64,000 nucleotides of DNA from an uncultured delta proteobacterium (GCA_963848295.1 CAWKDB010000002.1:544001-608000), one strand, 5' to 3'; counted from the stretch's first letter, positions 49,829 to 62,943 are shown. Made by a program: numbers and translations. Notes: generated by a model from the sequence alone, not told the origin.

Positions 49829-50659
49829 TCAGTGCAACGAGGCGAGCGCGGCTTTGGCCACACCGCTGACGAAGCCCGACGGGTCCTTCGATGCCGCGGT
49901 CAGCGCCTCACGCGAGCTCTCTGCGCCGATCTTGCCGAGCGCCCACGCCGCGTTGTGGCGAACTTGCGAGTTGGCATCGTTGACGACCATCGCATCGAGC
50001 GCCCCGACCGCCGCGCCGTCGCGAAGCGCCCCGACCACAGCCGCCGCTTGAGCGCGCACCCCCGCGTCCGAGTCGGCCAACAGCGGCTCGACCGGTTGCG
50101 CGGAGAGCTGGTTCGATATTTCGCGCCACGCAGCGACCGCCGCCGCGCGGACCGCAGGATCGGCGTCGGCCATCCCGGCCTGCAAGACCCCGTTGCCCTT
50201 CACCGTGCCGAGGCGTTTGATCGCGCGGACGATCGCGAGCTTCGCGTCGCTGTTCACCTTGCCGAACGCCGTCTGCATCGCCGGCAGCGTATCGTACTGG
50301 CGCAGCGTGCCGAGGAAGTCGGCCGCGTTGCGGACCGACGTCGAGTCACTGCCCGCGAGGTTCGCCTTCATCGTCACGATCATCTGGTTGCGCAAACCAA
50401 TGCGTTTGCCGAACCACCAGGCCGCGACTTCGCGGATCTCGTAGCGCGAGTCGGTGAGCAGGCTGCCGACGGACTGCACGCAATCGCCGCAGACCAGCCC
50501 TTCGGCGCGCTCTACCTCAGCGATGATGGCGTCCGTCGAGTTCGATGCAATCGCGCTCTGAATCGCTGCCGCACTACCACCCTTACCAGCGACGGCCGGG
50601 GCAGACGAAGCAGCGATAGCGAGGGCAACCGCGGCGAGTTTTTTACCGATGTTCTTCAT
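49829..50659 (-). CDS. Exported HEAT-repeat protein
   Basis: Signal peptide; LADSDAGVRAQAA and VRHNAAWALGKIG repeats; CGDC motif. Confidence 0.9.
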   Translation of the reverse strand: MKNIGKKLAAVALAIAASSAPAVAGKGGSAAAIQSAIASNSTDAIIAEVERAEGLVCGDCVQSVGSLLTDSRYEIREVAAWWFGKRIGLRNQMIVTMKANLAGSDSTSVRNAADFLGTLRQYDTLPAMQTAFGKVNSDAKLAIVRAIKRLGTVKGNGVLQAGMADADPAVRAAAVAAWREISNQLSAQPVEPLLADSDAGVRAQAAAVVGALRDGAAVGALDAMVVNDANSQVRHNAAWALGKIGAESSREALTAASKDPSGFVSGVAKAALASLH

Positions 50660-50683
50660 GGTTGTTCTCCTTGGTTCCCGCGG

Positions 50684-52957
50684 TTACTGCGCGTTCTTCG
50701 GGTTGTTCTCGCGAGCGTAGAAGTTCACGCCCATGTCAGCAGCGAGGATCAACTTGTAGAACTCCGTCGGAGTGAGCTCGGCGTAGTTCGCACCGTTCAT
50801 CGAGTGCGGCGGGTTGGCCGCGACGTCGAACGCGCGGACCGTCGAATCGGGGTTCGGGAACAGCTGGGTCGGGTTGACCTTCTGGATGACCGGGGAGTGC
50901 GCCGCGTCGGTGGGCAGCATGTAGATCTTGAAGTCACCGACGATCATCAGGTTGTTCTTCTCGATGGCTTCCATGTCCGGGCCGGCCATCGTGAAGTACG
51001 AGTTCGAGAAGGTCTCCATGTTCGCTTCGGTGTCGTCGGCGCCGTAGTTGACGGTCATCGGCGTGTTCGACAGGTCGAAGTGCCAGTTGAGGACGACCGC
51101 GCCCGTCGCCGGGTTGATGATCTGGTAGGCGCCGATGTCGGTGCCGGTCGTCGCGTTGTGGCAGCTGACGCACTTGGCGTCGAACACCGGTTGGACGACG
51201 TCATCCCAGCCCATGCCGACGAGCTTGGCCGTCGAGGCCAGCGTCGTCGCCGCGTCGCCCGCGGGGTCGATGATGTCGGGGTTGGCGAAGTCAGCGGCCG
51301 CCATCATGCGGTCGGCGCGAGCGATGGTGCCCATGTCAGCGGTCGGGCCAACGGCGCCGGCTTGCGTGATGCCCGGGTTGATGACGGTGGTCGCGGCGCG
51401 GTCTTCGTGGCAACCGCCACACACGCGCGATTCGTTCGCGCGGCCCGAGAACCACACGGGCTCGTTGAACAGCGACATGCCGAACTTGTCGACCGTCTGG
51501 AGGTGAACCGGGATGTTGGCCGGCACCGAGGCGAGCCAGCTGCCGTCCGGTTGGACCGGGTTGACGCCGAGGTTCGCATGGCCTTCGAACATCGTCGTGC
51601 CGAACATCTCGGGGAAGCCCTCTTCCGACGAGAAGCCTTCCATCGCGCGGACGCCGAAGATCTCGCCCGGGTTGAACGTGTGGAGCGTCGAGTCGTAGAC
51701 GTTCATCGAGCCGATCAACGTTTGACCGTTGAGCGTGTTGTCGCTGGTCGAGCTCGCCAGCGCCGGCGCGTTACGCGGGGCGAGCGGGCGAGCGAAGATG
51801 TCCCACATGTTGGGATCGTCGAGGATCGGGCTGCGAGTCTGGGTCTCCGTGTTGTAGAGGTAGATGCCGAAGTTCGCCGACAGGCCAGCGGCCGCGAGCG
51901 TACCCGACTCGACCGGGCCATCGGCCCACGACACGAGCAGGTCGGCGTTCTCTTTCGCGTTCAACGGGAACGCGTCGTAGTAGCGGCCGATGGTGTCCGC
52001 CGACGGCGAGTTGTCGAGCGGGACGTCCGGGGTCCAGTTGACGTAGCTCGCGTTCGCTTCCGACATGCGGTCGGCCGCGCTGACGTTTCCGTCGGAGTCC
52101 GTCGACGGGAAGCCGAGGCGGACATCGAGCAGCGCACCGGCGTTGATCGTGCGGTTACGAGCCGTGCCGATCGCGACGAACCGGCCGGGCGAAATCTCGC
52201 GCGCCTTGAGGGTCGAGTTCGACGCCGCGGTGCCTTCTTTGCCGAAGGCTTCACGCAGGTCCGTCATGTCCGAATCGACGAACATGAGGTGGCCGGCGTT
52301 CATCGGGCCGAGGTGGTCCCACTGGGTCATGATCACGCGACCATCGGACGCAAGGCTGATGCCGGTGCGGTGCGACAGGTTGCGCGGTCCGAGGTTTTCG
52401 TTCGTGCCGTCGATACCGATCGTGCCGAGCTGCGTGGTCGTGCCGCGCTCGTATTCGTCTTCGAACTGGTTCGCGCCTGGCTCGACCACGGCGTTGCTGG
52501 TGAACATGATCTGATCGCCGGGGAGGTAGATCGGCGAGACGTAATCACGTTGCGGGTCGGTCGCGAGCGCGGTGACCGTGCCGTCGGCGATGTTGACGCG
52601 GTAGAGGCCGTACGTGCCGCTATCCGACAGCTTGCCAGCGAACACGATCTCCTTCGCGTCGAAGGACAGGTCGTAGCTGTTGATGTCGATGTTGGCGTAC
52701 TCCGGGCCCGCCTGATCGCAGCAGATGGTCGTCAGCGTGCCATCGGCCGTCGGCGGCGAAAGCTCCACGATCCTCGCGCCGGCGATGTACGAGGTGTACT
52801 GGAAGATGTCACCCATGTCGTTGCGCTTTGGGCGCTGCAGGATGATCAGGGAGTCGACATTGCCGAGCGGTCCCGTATTGTCGTCGCCACCACAGCCCAT
52901 CTGGGCGCTGGTGAACAGCGCGGCGCCGATCGCGATGCTCTTCAATTGGTTCTTCAC
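50684..52957 (-). CDS. Hydrazine synthase alpha-subunit-like diheme lipoprotein
   Basis: GAGGAGGAG RBS, lipobox MGC, beta-propeller, GVNPVQPDGSWLASVPANIPVHLQTVD..ESRVCGGCHE, then VQPVFDAKCVSCH. Confidence 0.8.
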   Translation of the reverse strand: MKNQLKSIAIGAALFTSAQMGCGGDDNTGPLGNVDSLIILQRPKRNDMGDIFQYTSYIAGARIVELSPPTADGTLTTICCDQAGPEYANIDINSYDLSFDAKEIVFAGKLSDSGTYGLYRVNIADGTVTALATDPQRDYVSPIYLPGDQIMFTSNAVVEPGANQFEDEYERGTTTQLGTIGIDGTNENLGPRNLSHRTGISLASDGRVIMTQWDHLGPMNAGHLMFVDSDMTDLREAFGKEGTAASNSTLKAREISPGRFVAIGTARNRTINAGALLDVRLGFPSTDSDGNVSAADRMSEANASYVNWTPDVPLDNSPSADTIGRYYDAFPLNAKENADLLVSWADGPVESGTLAAAGLSANFGIYLYNTETQTRSPILDDPNMWDIFARPLAPRNAPALASSTSDNTLNGQTLIGSMNVYDSTLHTFNPGEIFGVRAMEGFSSEEGFPEMFGTTMFEGHANLGVNPVQPDGSWLASVPANIPVHLQTVDKFGMSLFNEPVWFSGRANESRVCGGCHEDRAATTVINPGITQAGAVGPTADMGTIARADRMMAAADFANPDIIDPAGDAATTLASTAKLVGMGWDDVVQPVFDAKCVSCHNATTGTDIGAYQIINPATGAVVLNWHFDLSNTPMTVNYGADDTEANMETFSNSYFTMAGPDMEAIEKNNLMIVGDFKIYMLPTDAAHSPVIQKVNPTQLFPNPDSTVRAFDVAANPPHSMNGANYAELTPTEFYKLILAADMGVNFYARENNPKNAQ

Positions 52958-53109
52958 AGTGCTCCTCCTCGAAAACGAGTGAAGGGCACTAGTACAAGCT
53001 CCAGGCCAAGCTTAAATCTCGTGATTTCAGCCGGTTGATTGTGGGATCGCTCGGGGTCAGAGCCCCCTATTCGGACCCTTCGGGGGCCGGGAGCCCCAAG
53101 CCGCTGTAG

Positions 53110-55671
53110 TCAAACCAACGACTTGAGCTCTACCAGTAGGTTGAGCGCCTCGATCGGCGTCAAGCGGTTCGGATCGACGGCCACGAGCCTCGCGAGCGCG
53201 GGCGCCAACGGAGCCGCCGGGATCAGCGCGAGCTGCGCGGTCGAGCCGAGCTGCGCGCCGCCCTCGAGCTTGCCCATGATGTCGCGGGCGCGCGCGATCA
53301 CCCCGCCCGGCAAGCCCGCCAGGCGCGCGACGTCGATGCCGTAGCTGCGATTCGCGCCGCCCGGTACGACGCGGCGCAAGAACACGATCTCGCGCTTGCG
53401 CTCGTCCTCGCGCACCGCGACGTGAACGTTGCGGACCCGCGGCCGACTGTCGGCGAGCGCGACCAGCTCGTGATAGTGGGTCGCGAACAACGTGCGCGCG
53501 CCGATCGCGTCGTGGAGATGCTCGGCGACCGCCCACGCGATCGCGACGCCGTCGAACGTCGACGTGCCGCGGCCCACCTCGTCGAGCACGACCAGCGAGC
53601 GCCGGGTCGCTTGCGCGAGGATTGCCGCGGTCTCGCGCATCTCGACCATGAACGTCGAGTCGCCGCGCGACAGGTTGTCGGCGGCCCCGACGCGAGTGAA
53701 CACGCGATCACAGACGCCGACGGTCGCCGACGCCGCCGGCACGAAGCTGCCGATCTGCGCGAGCAGCGCGATCTGGGCGACCGCGCGCATGTAGGTCGAC
53801 TTGCCCGCCATGTTCGGGCCGGTCACCAGGACGAGCTGCTCGCGATCCGGATCGAGCCGGCAGTCGTTCGGGACGTAGCTGCCCGCGGCGAGCACCGCCT
53901 CGATCACGGGATGACGACCGTCGACGATGTCGAGGATGCCCGCATCGTCGACGAGCGGCCGGCAGTAGCCTCGGCGCGCGGCGACCTCGGCGAGCGAAGC
54001 GGCGGCGTCGCACACCGCGAGCGCGGCACCCGCGGCCGCGATCGGAGCGGCGAGCGTGGCGACCGCGGCGACCTCGGCCCTGAACAGCTCGAGCTCGCGT
54101 TCGGCGAGCCGTTCTTCGGCGGTCAACACCTTGCGCTCGAGCTCGGCGAGCTCGGCGGTGACATAGCGCTCGCCGTTCGCGATCGTCTGCTTCCGGACGA
54201 AGTGCGCCGGCACCTTGCCGAGGTGGCTCTTCGTGACCTCGAGGTAGTAGCCGAACACCCGGTTGTAGCGAACCTTGAGGCTCGCGATGCCGCTCGCGGT
54301 TTGCTCGCGGGCCTCGATCGCGAGGATCTCGTCTTTGCCGCCGTCGGCGAGGCGGCGGCATTCGTCGACGGTGGCGTCGTAGCCGGCGCGGATCGTTCCG
54401 CCGTCCTTGAGCTGAAACGGCGGCGCGTCGGCGAGCGCGCGGGTCAGCCGTTCGCAGATCACCGCGAGCCGCGAGTCGCTCGCGGCGGCGAGCTCGAGCA
54501 ACCCCGGCAGCTCGGCGAGGGCCCCGCGCGCTTCCGAACGCACGAGCGCGACGAGCTCGGGCAACAGATGGAGCGCGTCGCGCAGCCGGCCGAGGTCGCG
54601 CGGGGTCGCGACGCCGAGCGTGGCCTTGCCGGCGAGCCGCTCGAGATCCGCGATCCGCGACAGCGCGCGCCGCAGCTGCTCGGTCAGCGCCGGACGCGCG
54701 ACGAGATAGCCGACGGCATCGTGGCGCCGGCGGATCTGCGCGACGTCGACGAGCGGGTACAGCAGCCAACGCCGGAGCAAGCGCGCGCCCGGCGCGGTCA
54801 CCGTCTGATCGATGACGTCGAGCAGCGAGCCGGTGCGTTGCCGGCCGATCAGCGTCTCGACGAGCTCGAGGTTCGCGATCGCGGCTTCGTCGAGCACGAC
54901 CGAGTCGCCGGGTCGATACGCGACCAGCCGAGCGATCGGCAGCGCGCCGGTGGGCTGAGTCGCCCGGGCGTAGGCGACGACCGTCGCCGCGGCGCGGACC
55001 GCGAGCGGCTCGGCGTCGGTCGGCACCGCGATCGTGCGCAGCTCGGTCACCGCGCCGGCGTCGCTCGGCACGACCGCGGGATTCCACGCGACGCGATAGC
55101 GCGCGCGCACCGCCGCGAGCACACCGTCGAGCTCCTTCGCCGCGCCGAGCACCTCGCGCGGCGCGACCCGGACGAGCTCGTCGGCGATCGCGGCGAGCGG
55201 CAGCTCGGTCGCGAACAGCTCGCCGGTCGTCGCGTCGAGGTACGCGAGGCCGCAGCGCTGCTTCGTCGGCACGAGCGCGGCGACGAACCGCGGCGTCTTC
55301 GGATCGAGCACGTCGTCGTCGAGCACGATGCCCGGCGTCACGATCCGCACGACCTCGCGCCGCACGAGGCCCTTCGCGAGCCGCGCGTCTTCGACCTGCT
55401 CGCAGATCACGACCTTGTGGCCGAGCTCGGTCAGCTTCGCGATGTAGCCGCGCGCCGCGTGGTACGGCACGCCGCACATCGGCACCGCGTCGTCCTTGCC
55501 CTTGTCGCGCGTCGTCAGCGTGAGATCGAGCAACCGGCTCGCGAGCACGGCGTCCTCGAAGAACAGCTCGTAGAAGTCGCCGAGCCGGAACAGCACGAGC
55601 GCATCCTCGTGACGCTCCTTGACGTCGAGGTACTGCCGCATGAGCGGCGTGTCGGCAGGGCTGCGAGCCAC
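53110..55671 (-). CDS. mutS: DNA mismatch repair protein MutS
   Basis: [48 protein letters not shown] and FATHYHEL. Confidence 0.98.
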   Translation of the reverse strand: MARSPADTPLMRQYLDVKERHEDALVLFRLGDFYELFFEDAVLASRLLDLTLTTRDKGKDDAVPMCGVPYHAARGYIAKLTELGHKVVICEQVEDARLAKGLVRREVVRIVTPGIVLDDDVLDPKTPRFVAALVPTKQRCGLAYLDATTGELFATELPLAAIADELVRVAPREVLGAAKELDGVLAAVRARYRVAWNPAVVPSDAGAVTELRTIAVPTDAEPLAVRAAATVVAYARATQPTGALPIARLVAYRPGDSVVLDEAAIANLELVETLIGRQRTGSLLDVIDQTVTAPGARLLRRWLLYPLVDVAQIRRRHDAVGYLVARPALTEQLRRALSRIADLERLAGKATLGVATPRDLGRLRDALHLLPELVALVRSEARGALAELPGLLELAAASDSRLAVICERLTRALADAPPFQLKDGGTIRAGYDATVDECRRLADGGKDEILAIEAREQTASGIASLKVRYNRVFGYYLEVTKSHLGKVPAHFVRKQTIANGERYVTAELAELERKVLTAEERLAERELELFRAEVAAVATLAAPIAAAGAALAVCDAAASLAEVAARRGYCRPLVDDAGILDIVDGRHPVIEAVLAAGSYVPNDCRLDPDREQLVLVTGPNMAGKSTYMRAVAQIALLAQIGSFVPAASATVGVCDRVFTRVGAADNLSRGDSTFMVEMRETAAILAQATRRSLVVLDEVGRGTSTFDGVAIAWAVAEHLHDAIGARTLFATHYHELVALADSRPRVRNVHVAVREDERKREIVFLRRVVPGGANRSYGIDVARLAGLPGGVIARARDIMGKLEGGAQLGSTAQLALIPAAPLAPALARLVAVDPNRLTPIEALNLLVELKSLV

Positions 55672-55702
55672 CGCGGAGCCGTATCACGCCCCTACGACAG
55701 CG

Positions 55703-56365
55703 TTACTTGCACGCGTCGGCGCAGTGGCTCTCCATACACTCGTCGGTGCTCTTGATCTCGCTCCAGCAATCGTCCGCGGGGTCGCAGGTCTCGAAGCACG
55801 CACAGGCGGCGGTGGGCGACATATTGGCGCACTGCGCAGAGCAGCTCGATCCCGCACACCCCTGCGGCCCGCACATCGAGTCTTGACACGCCGTGCAAGC
55901 GCTGCTGTACAAGTTGGAGTAGCTCTCCACGACGATGCACGCGTTGGTCGCCGTCGCGGCGGGGACTGCCTTGGACGCGCTATGGCCCATCAGGTCGTCG
56001 TACTCCAGCATCGTCCCGGTCTGGCCGGAGGGAAGCTCGAACACGACGTCGCACGACAGGCTGCCGCCGGCGGCGACCGATGCATTTCCGATGCACGGCG
56101 TCGCGAGCTCGGTCTGCTGCGCGGCGACGTCGAGGACCAAGGCATGATCGGTCTCGAGCGTGAACAGCGTCGGCAAGGTCGATAGCGGCGTCGCGCTCGA
56201 GTCGTTGTGGAGCGTGAGCGAGATCTGCTCGAACGTCGACCCCGTGGGCGGAGCCTGCCCTGCGATCTGGTCCGGCGACGTCGCGCTCTTGACCGATAAC
56301 GTGGCGCTACTCTGCGAGCCGTCGGTGCCACAGCCGACCACGATCATCAGCGCCGCGCGTATCAC
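55703..56365 (-). CDS. Lipoprotein with DUF4352-like Ig domain and Cys-rich tail
   Basis: IRAALMIVVGC lipobox; LTLHN..FTLET..GGSLSCDVVFELP; about 12 Cys in the C-terminal region. Start could be 56413. Confidence 0.7.
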   Translation of the reverse strand: MIRAALMIVVGCGTDGSQSSATLSVKSATSPDQIAGQAPPTGSTFEQISLTLHNDSSATPLSTLPTLFTLETDHALVLDVAAQQTELATPCIGNASVAAGGSLSCDVVFELPSGQTGTMLEYDDLMGHSASKAVPAATATNACIVVESYSNLYSSACTACQDSMCGPQGCAGSSCSAQCANMSPTAACACFETCDPADDCWSEIKSTDECMESHCADACK

Positions 56366-56472
56366 CGAGCTGCGCCAGGTTCGGTTCGGTCGAGCATCCA
56401 TGGAGCGGTTCATCGCACGACTAACGCGAATCGGCGGCGGCAGTCGCACGATGTCTCGGAGCTGTTACTCGC

Positions 56473-57935
56473 TCAGCCCGCCGCGATCCGCCCCGACATG
56501 CTCACGCCCGCCCCAAGATCTTCGTTCGCATCGAACGGTAGGCTCGTGCCGTCGCGCCATTGCCGGAGCTCGACCTGCGGCGGGCCACCGACCCGCGGCT
56601 GGATCTTGACGTGCGTGAAGCTGCGACGCAGTCCAGGCCGGGTCGCCGGCAGCCATGTGCCGGCGTTGACGTAGAGGCCGCCGCCGCGGATCGGTTGCCA
56701 GCGCGGGTCGTGGGTATGACCGAACACGACGAGTGGGGCGTCGACGAGCTTGCCGATCCGCTCGGGAATCGATCGCATCGGCAGCTGCGAGGTCACCATG
56801 TGCTTGCCGAGCCAGCGCTGGGTCGCGACCGCGCCCGCGACGACCGCGGCGGTCCCGAGCAGCAGCCACAACAGCGGCGCGAGGATCAGCAGCGCGAGGA
56901 TCACGACCGCACCGCCGGTGATCAGGCCGAACTTGTCGAGCATCAGCATGCGGCCGAGCCGGCGCCAGCTGATCGTGAGCGGCGAGCGCGCGAGCCGATC
57001 GATCGCACGCGCGGTATCGAGCGGCACGCCGCCGGCCTCGGCGACCTGGACGATGCGCTCGCGATGGACCCGGCGTCGGCGATCGCGGCGGCGCAGCGAC
57101 TGATGCAACGCGCGCGCCCCGACGAGCGACCACGCGAACCGCGCGTACGCGACCCACAACCGGGTCGAACGAGCGAATGCCCGAGCTCCCACGCGTAACG
57201 CAGGTAGCCGCTGAAGCCCCACTCCTCGATGCCGTGCGGATCGAGATCGGGGACCGCCCTGCCGAGGTAACGGATCGCCGCGTAGTCGGCGTTGTAGACC
57301 AGGCGGCCGTCTTTGGGATCGGTCGGCGCGAGGTTGAACTCGAACGAGCAGCCCTCGTCGTAGACGTGGCCGTGCTCGATCCAGGCGACACCCGGCACGT
57401 AGATGAACCACGGCACGACGCGGATCCGCGCGAGCGCCCGATCGGCGGCGGCCCGGCCGCTGCGGGTGACGTCCGACGGCGTCGCGCTCCGCAGCTGGCG
57501 CTCGAATTCGGCGATGACCTCGGGCTCGAGCAGCTCGACGTCGTGGTTGCCGACGATGACCTCGATCGTGTGCCCCGCCGCCGCGAACCGCACGAGGTCG
57601 GCGAGCAACGGCACGTGGTGCTCGCAGATCTCCCGGACCCGCACGACGCCCGCCTTCACGCCGCGCCCGAGGCCGAGCCGACGCTCGTCGGCGGACCGCG
57701 CCGGCAGCTCTTTGGTCGAGGCGACCACGACCGACATGAAGTCGAACAAGTCGCCTGCGATCACCAGCCGCCACGGGCGACCGTCACTGCGCCGCGCCGC
57801 GTGGTACCGCAAGAACTCGCGAAACGCGGCGTCGCCGAGCTCGACCGCGCGCCGGCGCTCCGACGATGCTCCGGGCAAGAGCTCCTCGCCGAAGTGCAGA
57901 TCAGACACGACCAAGATGTTGGAGACTTCAGCCAC
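56473..57935 (-). CDS. Calcineurin-like metallophosphoesterase with membrane insert, frameshifted near 57180
   Basis: SDLH, GDLFD, GNHD and EHGH lie in one frame; VFGHTH and YVNAGTW lie in another. Confidence 0.8.
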
Positions 57936-58070
57936 GCGCGCTCACTCTCACTGTGACGGTTCGAGCGGCACGGTACAATGATCAGATCCGCATCGCGACC
58001 CGTTATCCGCGATCCAGCATCTGTGGCTAACGCCGCGCCCGGACAGTAGATTCCGTGGTATTTCGGCACG

Positions 58071-60217
<2,147 letters not shown>

Positions 60218-60221
<4 letters not shown>

Positions 60222-60589
60222 TTTCGCGCTCGATGACTCGCTGGCTGTTGTTGTGCCTGGTCGCGGGCGCGTGTGGTGGAACGGGGGCGCGCTCGGAGTG
60301 CGCCGAGGGCGGCGCGCTCACCGATTGTCCCGACGCCGATCACACGCCCGAGGCGGCCTGTTGGCGGCTCGTCGATTGCGGCGCGATTCCGGCACAATCG
60401 ACCGGGGACAACAATGCATTCGATTACGGCCGATGCATCGATCGGATCGAAGGCCTCGACGACGCGGCGGAGGAGCTCGCGATCGATTGCATCGCCGCCT
60501 CGACGTGCGACGCGCTCAAGGTCGACGGCTCACCGGATCAACCGAACGCCGGCCAGATCCATTGCTTCTTGATCGCGGGGCAGAACTAG
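60218..60589 (+). CDS. Small Cys-rich lipoprotein
   Basis: ATGA overlap; WLLLCLVAGAC lipobox followed by eight further Cys. Confidence 0.7.
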
Positions 60590-62316
60590 TGCGCGCGGTC
60601 GTCGTGGTCGGCGTCGCGCTCGCGGTGCTGATCGGTGCCGGTCGTGCCCACGCTCAGCCCGCCGATGTTCCGGGCCTGATCAAGCTCATCACCGATCAGC
60701 CGGCAGACATGGATCGGTCGACGTGGAAGGAGAAGCGCCGCGACGCCGCGCGCAAGCTCGCCGAGACCAAAGACAAGCGCGCGACGCCGGTGCTCACCAA
60801 GCTCGCCGAATCCGAGACGTTCGACATCATCGGCGAGATCGCGATCGAGGGGCTCGGCACGCTCGGCGACCAGGACGCGGTCCCGACCCTGCAACGGATC
60901 GCGGCCGACAGCTCGCGCGACAAGGATCAGCGCGACCTCGCCCGCAAAGCGCTGGCCAAGCTCGGCGCGGCGGAGCTGCCGCCCGGCGCGACCGGCGGCG
61001 GCACGACCGGAGGTAGCGGCGACACCGGCACGACCGGGCTCGACACCGGAAAGCCGCTCGACACCGGGACCACGCCGCTCGACACGGGATCGACCGGCTC
61101 GGATCTGACCCGCAGCCATGGACCGACCGATCTGCCGCCGCTGCCGGAGCTGCCCGACGACACGCTCGCGTCGTACGACCGGCTCCAGATCGCGGGCGGG
61201 ACCGCCGGGCTGCAATACGACACGGTCCGCAAGGAGCTCGACTTCAACGCCGACATCGCGGCGAGCTTGCAGCGTCGCGTCGAGCGCACGAAGCTCGCGT
61301 GGGGCTACGATGCCGGCGGCGAGCTCGTGACCGGGTTCATCAACCCCGAGGGTCGCGCGCAGTCGCGCGGTGCGCAACTCGATGTCAGCGGCGACGGCGA
61401 GGGTCGCTACTACCTCGGCGACGCCTACGGCATCGCGCGCGCCGCGGTCGCGGTGCAGATGGACTACACCGCGTATATCGACGGCAACAATCCGGGCAAC
61501 GACTTCAAGGACACGCGGTTCTCGGCCGATGGCGAGATCGCGGTCGGCGGTGGCTATGGTCGCCAGCTCGATGTCGGCTCGGCGATCCGCGTGCGCCGGC
61601 TCGCCCGCGCGCTCGACGCGAATCGCGCGCTCGGCCGACCGATCGACGCCGCGACCGCGAAGAAGCTGCAGCTGACCTGGTGGGCGCTGCGCTCGGAGCG
61701 GACCACGTATCGCACGCTGATCGCGACCGTCGCGATCCTGCGCGAAGCCGGGATCTTGTTGAGCGAGCCCGACGCCGGCCTGACCTACGAGATCCTCAAC
61801 GTCTTGCGCGACTCGTGGCTGTACGCGCGGCCGAGCGGGTTCGATGCGAACCTCGTGTTCGGCGAAGGCTACTTGCAGCGCCCGGCCGACCCGATGATCG
61901 AGAGCGGCCAATACTCGCAGCTGCTGCTCTCGGCCGGCTACGCCACGAGCATCGACGACGACAAGTTGCAGCTGTCCGGCAACGCCTACGGGCGCTATCG
62001 CCTGCTCGCCCCGATGGGCGCGCCCTCGCCGTGGGCGCTCGGTGCGACCGGCGAGCTCCAGCGCTTCACGTATGCCGAGCACGGCGATCCGATCGGCGCG
62101 ATCGACCTCACCGCGACGCTCGCGACGTCGAGCGACGACATCATGGGCGTCGACAAGGGGCTGAGCATCGGCGGGCAGATCGGATTCACGTATTTTCTGA
62201 ATCCGGCGTCGGGAATTCGGCTCGCGGGATCCCTGGTGGAAGATGGCGGGAACCTATTTGTCGGGGCGCAGCTGCAGGCGACCTACGGGCTGCTCGAAGG
62301 ATCGTTTGCGAGGTGA
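60589..62316 (+). CDS. Exported protein with N-terminal HEAT repeats and C-terminal beta-strand-rich (barrel-like) domain
   Basis: GTG at 60589, signal peptide ending AHA, AIEGLGTLGD..ARKALAKLG, G/T linker and amphipathic strands. Confidence 0.75.
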   Translation: MRAVVVVGVALAVLIGAGRAHAQPADVPGLIKLITDQPADMDRSTWKEKRRDAARKLAETKDKRATPVLTKLAESETFDIIGEIAIEGLGTLGDQDAVPTLQRIAADSSRDKDQRDLARKALAKLGAAELPPGATGGGTTGGSGDTGTTGLDTGKPLDTGTTPLDTGSTGSDLTRSHGPTDLPPLPELPDDTLASYDRLQIAGGTAGLQYDTVRKELDFNADIAASLQRRVERTKLAWGYDAGGELVTGFINPEGRAQSRGAQLDVSGDGEGRYYLGDAYGIARAAVAVQMDYTAYIDGNNPGNDFKDTRFSADGEIAVGGGYGRQLDVGSAIRVRRLARALDANRALGRPIDAATAKKLQLTWWALRSERTTYRTLIATVAILREAGILLSEPDAGLTYEILNVLRDSWLYARPSGFDANLVFGEGYLQRPADPMIESGQYSQLLLSAGYATSIDDDKLQLSGNAYGRYRLLAPMGAPSPWALGATGELQRFTYAEHGDPIGAIDLTATLATSSDDIMGVDKGLSIGGQIGFTYFLNPASGIRLAGSLVEDGGNLFVGAQLQATYGLLEGSFAR

Positions 62317-62331
62317 GGTTTGGGCGTTCGG

Positions 62332-62943
62332 GGAAATTGATCAATTGATCAACAGGCGACGGGCAACAGGCAACAGGCAACAGCAGGCGTTTGCGCGCGC
62401 GTTCGGAGCGCAGCGGCTCATCTCCTCCGAACGGAGACCGCTACTGCGAGTAGGGCGTGCCGTCCCAGGTGATGACGTCGCTCTCGACGTCGTAGCTCGC
62501 GCCGTTGGCGAGCGCCGGGGTCGTCCCGACGATCACGACGCCGGAGCACTGGAGCGTGCCGGTCGCGTCCACGTCCATGATGAGCGACTCGAAGGCGGTA
62601 TCGGTCGCGTCGGCGGCGCTGAACCGCAGCGTCCACCGGCACGGCGGCGTGTCGCTGGGTCCGCAGGTCATCGCGTTGACCGACTGATAGGTCGTGCCCT
62701 CGAAGATCGAGCAGCGACCCGGGCCGGTGATCGGCGCATCGACCGCGACCGCCGCGCCGCCACCGCAAGCTGCTACCGCACACAGCAACGAGGCTATACG
62801 CACCCGCAAATCGTAACGCCGTTTCTCCAGCTCGGGCGGGCCCGACCGCCGACTGCCGCGATCGGCGATCGGTCGTGCGAGCCCCGGGCAAACCTCCGGC
62901 ATTGCCTGTTGCCTGTCGCCTGTTGATCAATTGATCAATTTCC
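62332..62943. repeat. 42-bp inverted repeat pair (62332-62373 / 62902-62943) enclosing one gene
   Basis: GGAAATTGATCAATTGATCAACAGGCGAC(G/A)GGCAACAGGCAA, 41/42 identical in inverted orientation. Confidence 0.95.
62441..62803 (-). CDS. Small hypothetical lipoprotein inside the inverted repeats
   Basis: GTG start MRIASLLCAVAACGG; 120 aa; ends WDGTPYSQ. Confidence 0.7.
   Translation of the reverse strand: MRIASLLCAVAACGGGAAVAVDAPITGPGRCSIFEGTTYQSVNAMTCGPSDTPPCRWTLRFSAADATDTAFESLIMDVDATGTLQCSGVVIVGTTPALANGASYDVESDVITWDGTPYSQ

Noticed and set aside
46611..52957. Evidence of anammox metabolism
   Set aside because: Only alpha-like architecture is present. There are no hzsB/hzsC or hydrazine dehydrogenase genes in the window, and the context is myxobacterial.
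62332..62943. Autonomous IS element
   Set aside because: The enclosed ORF is a lipoprotein, not a transposase, and I found no target-site duplication.
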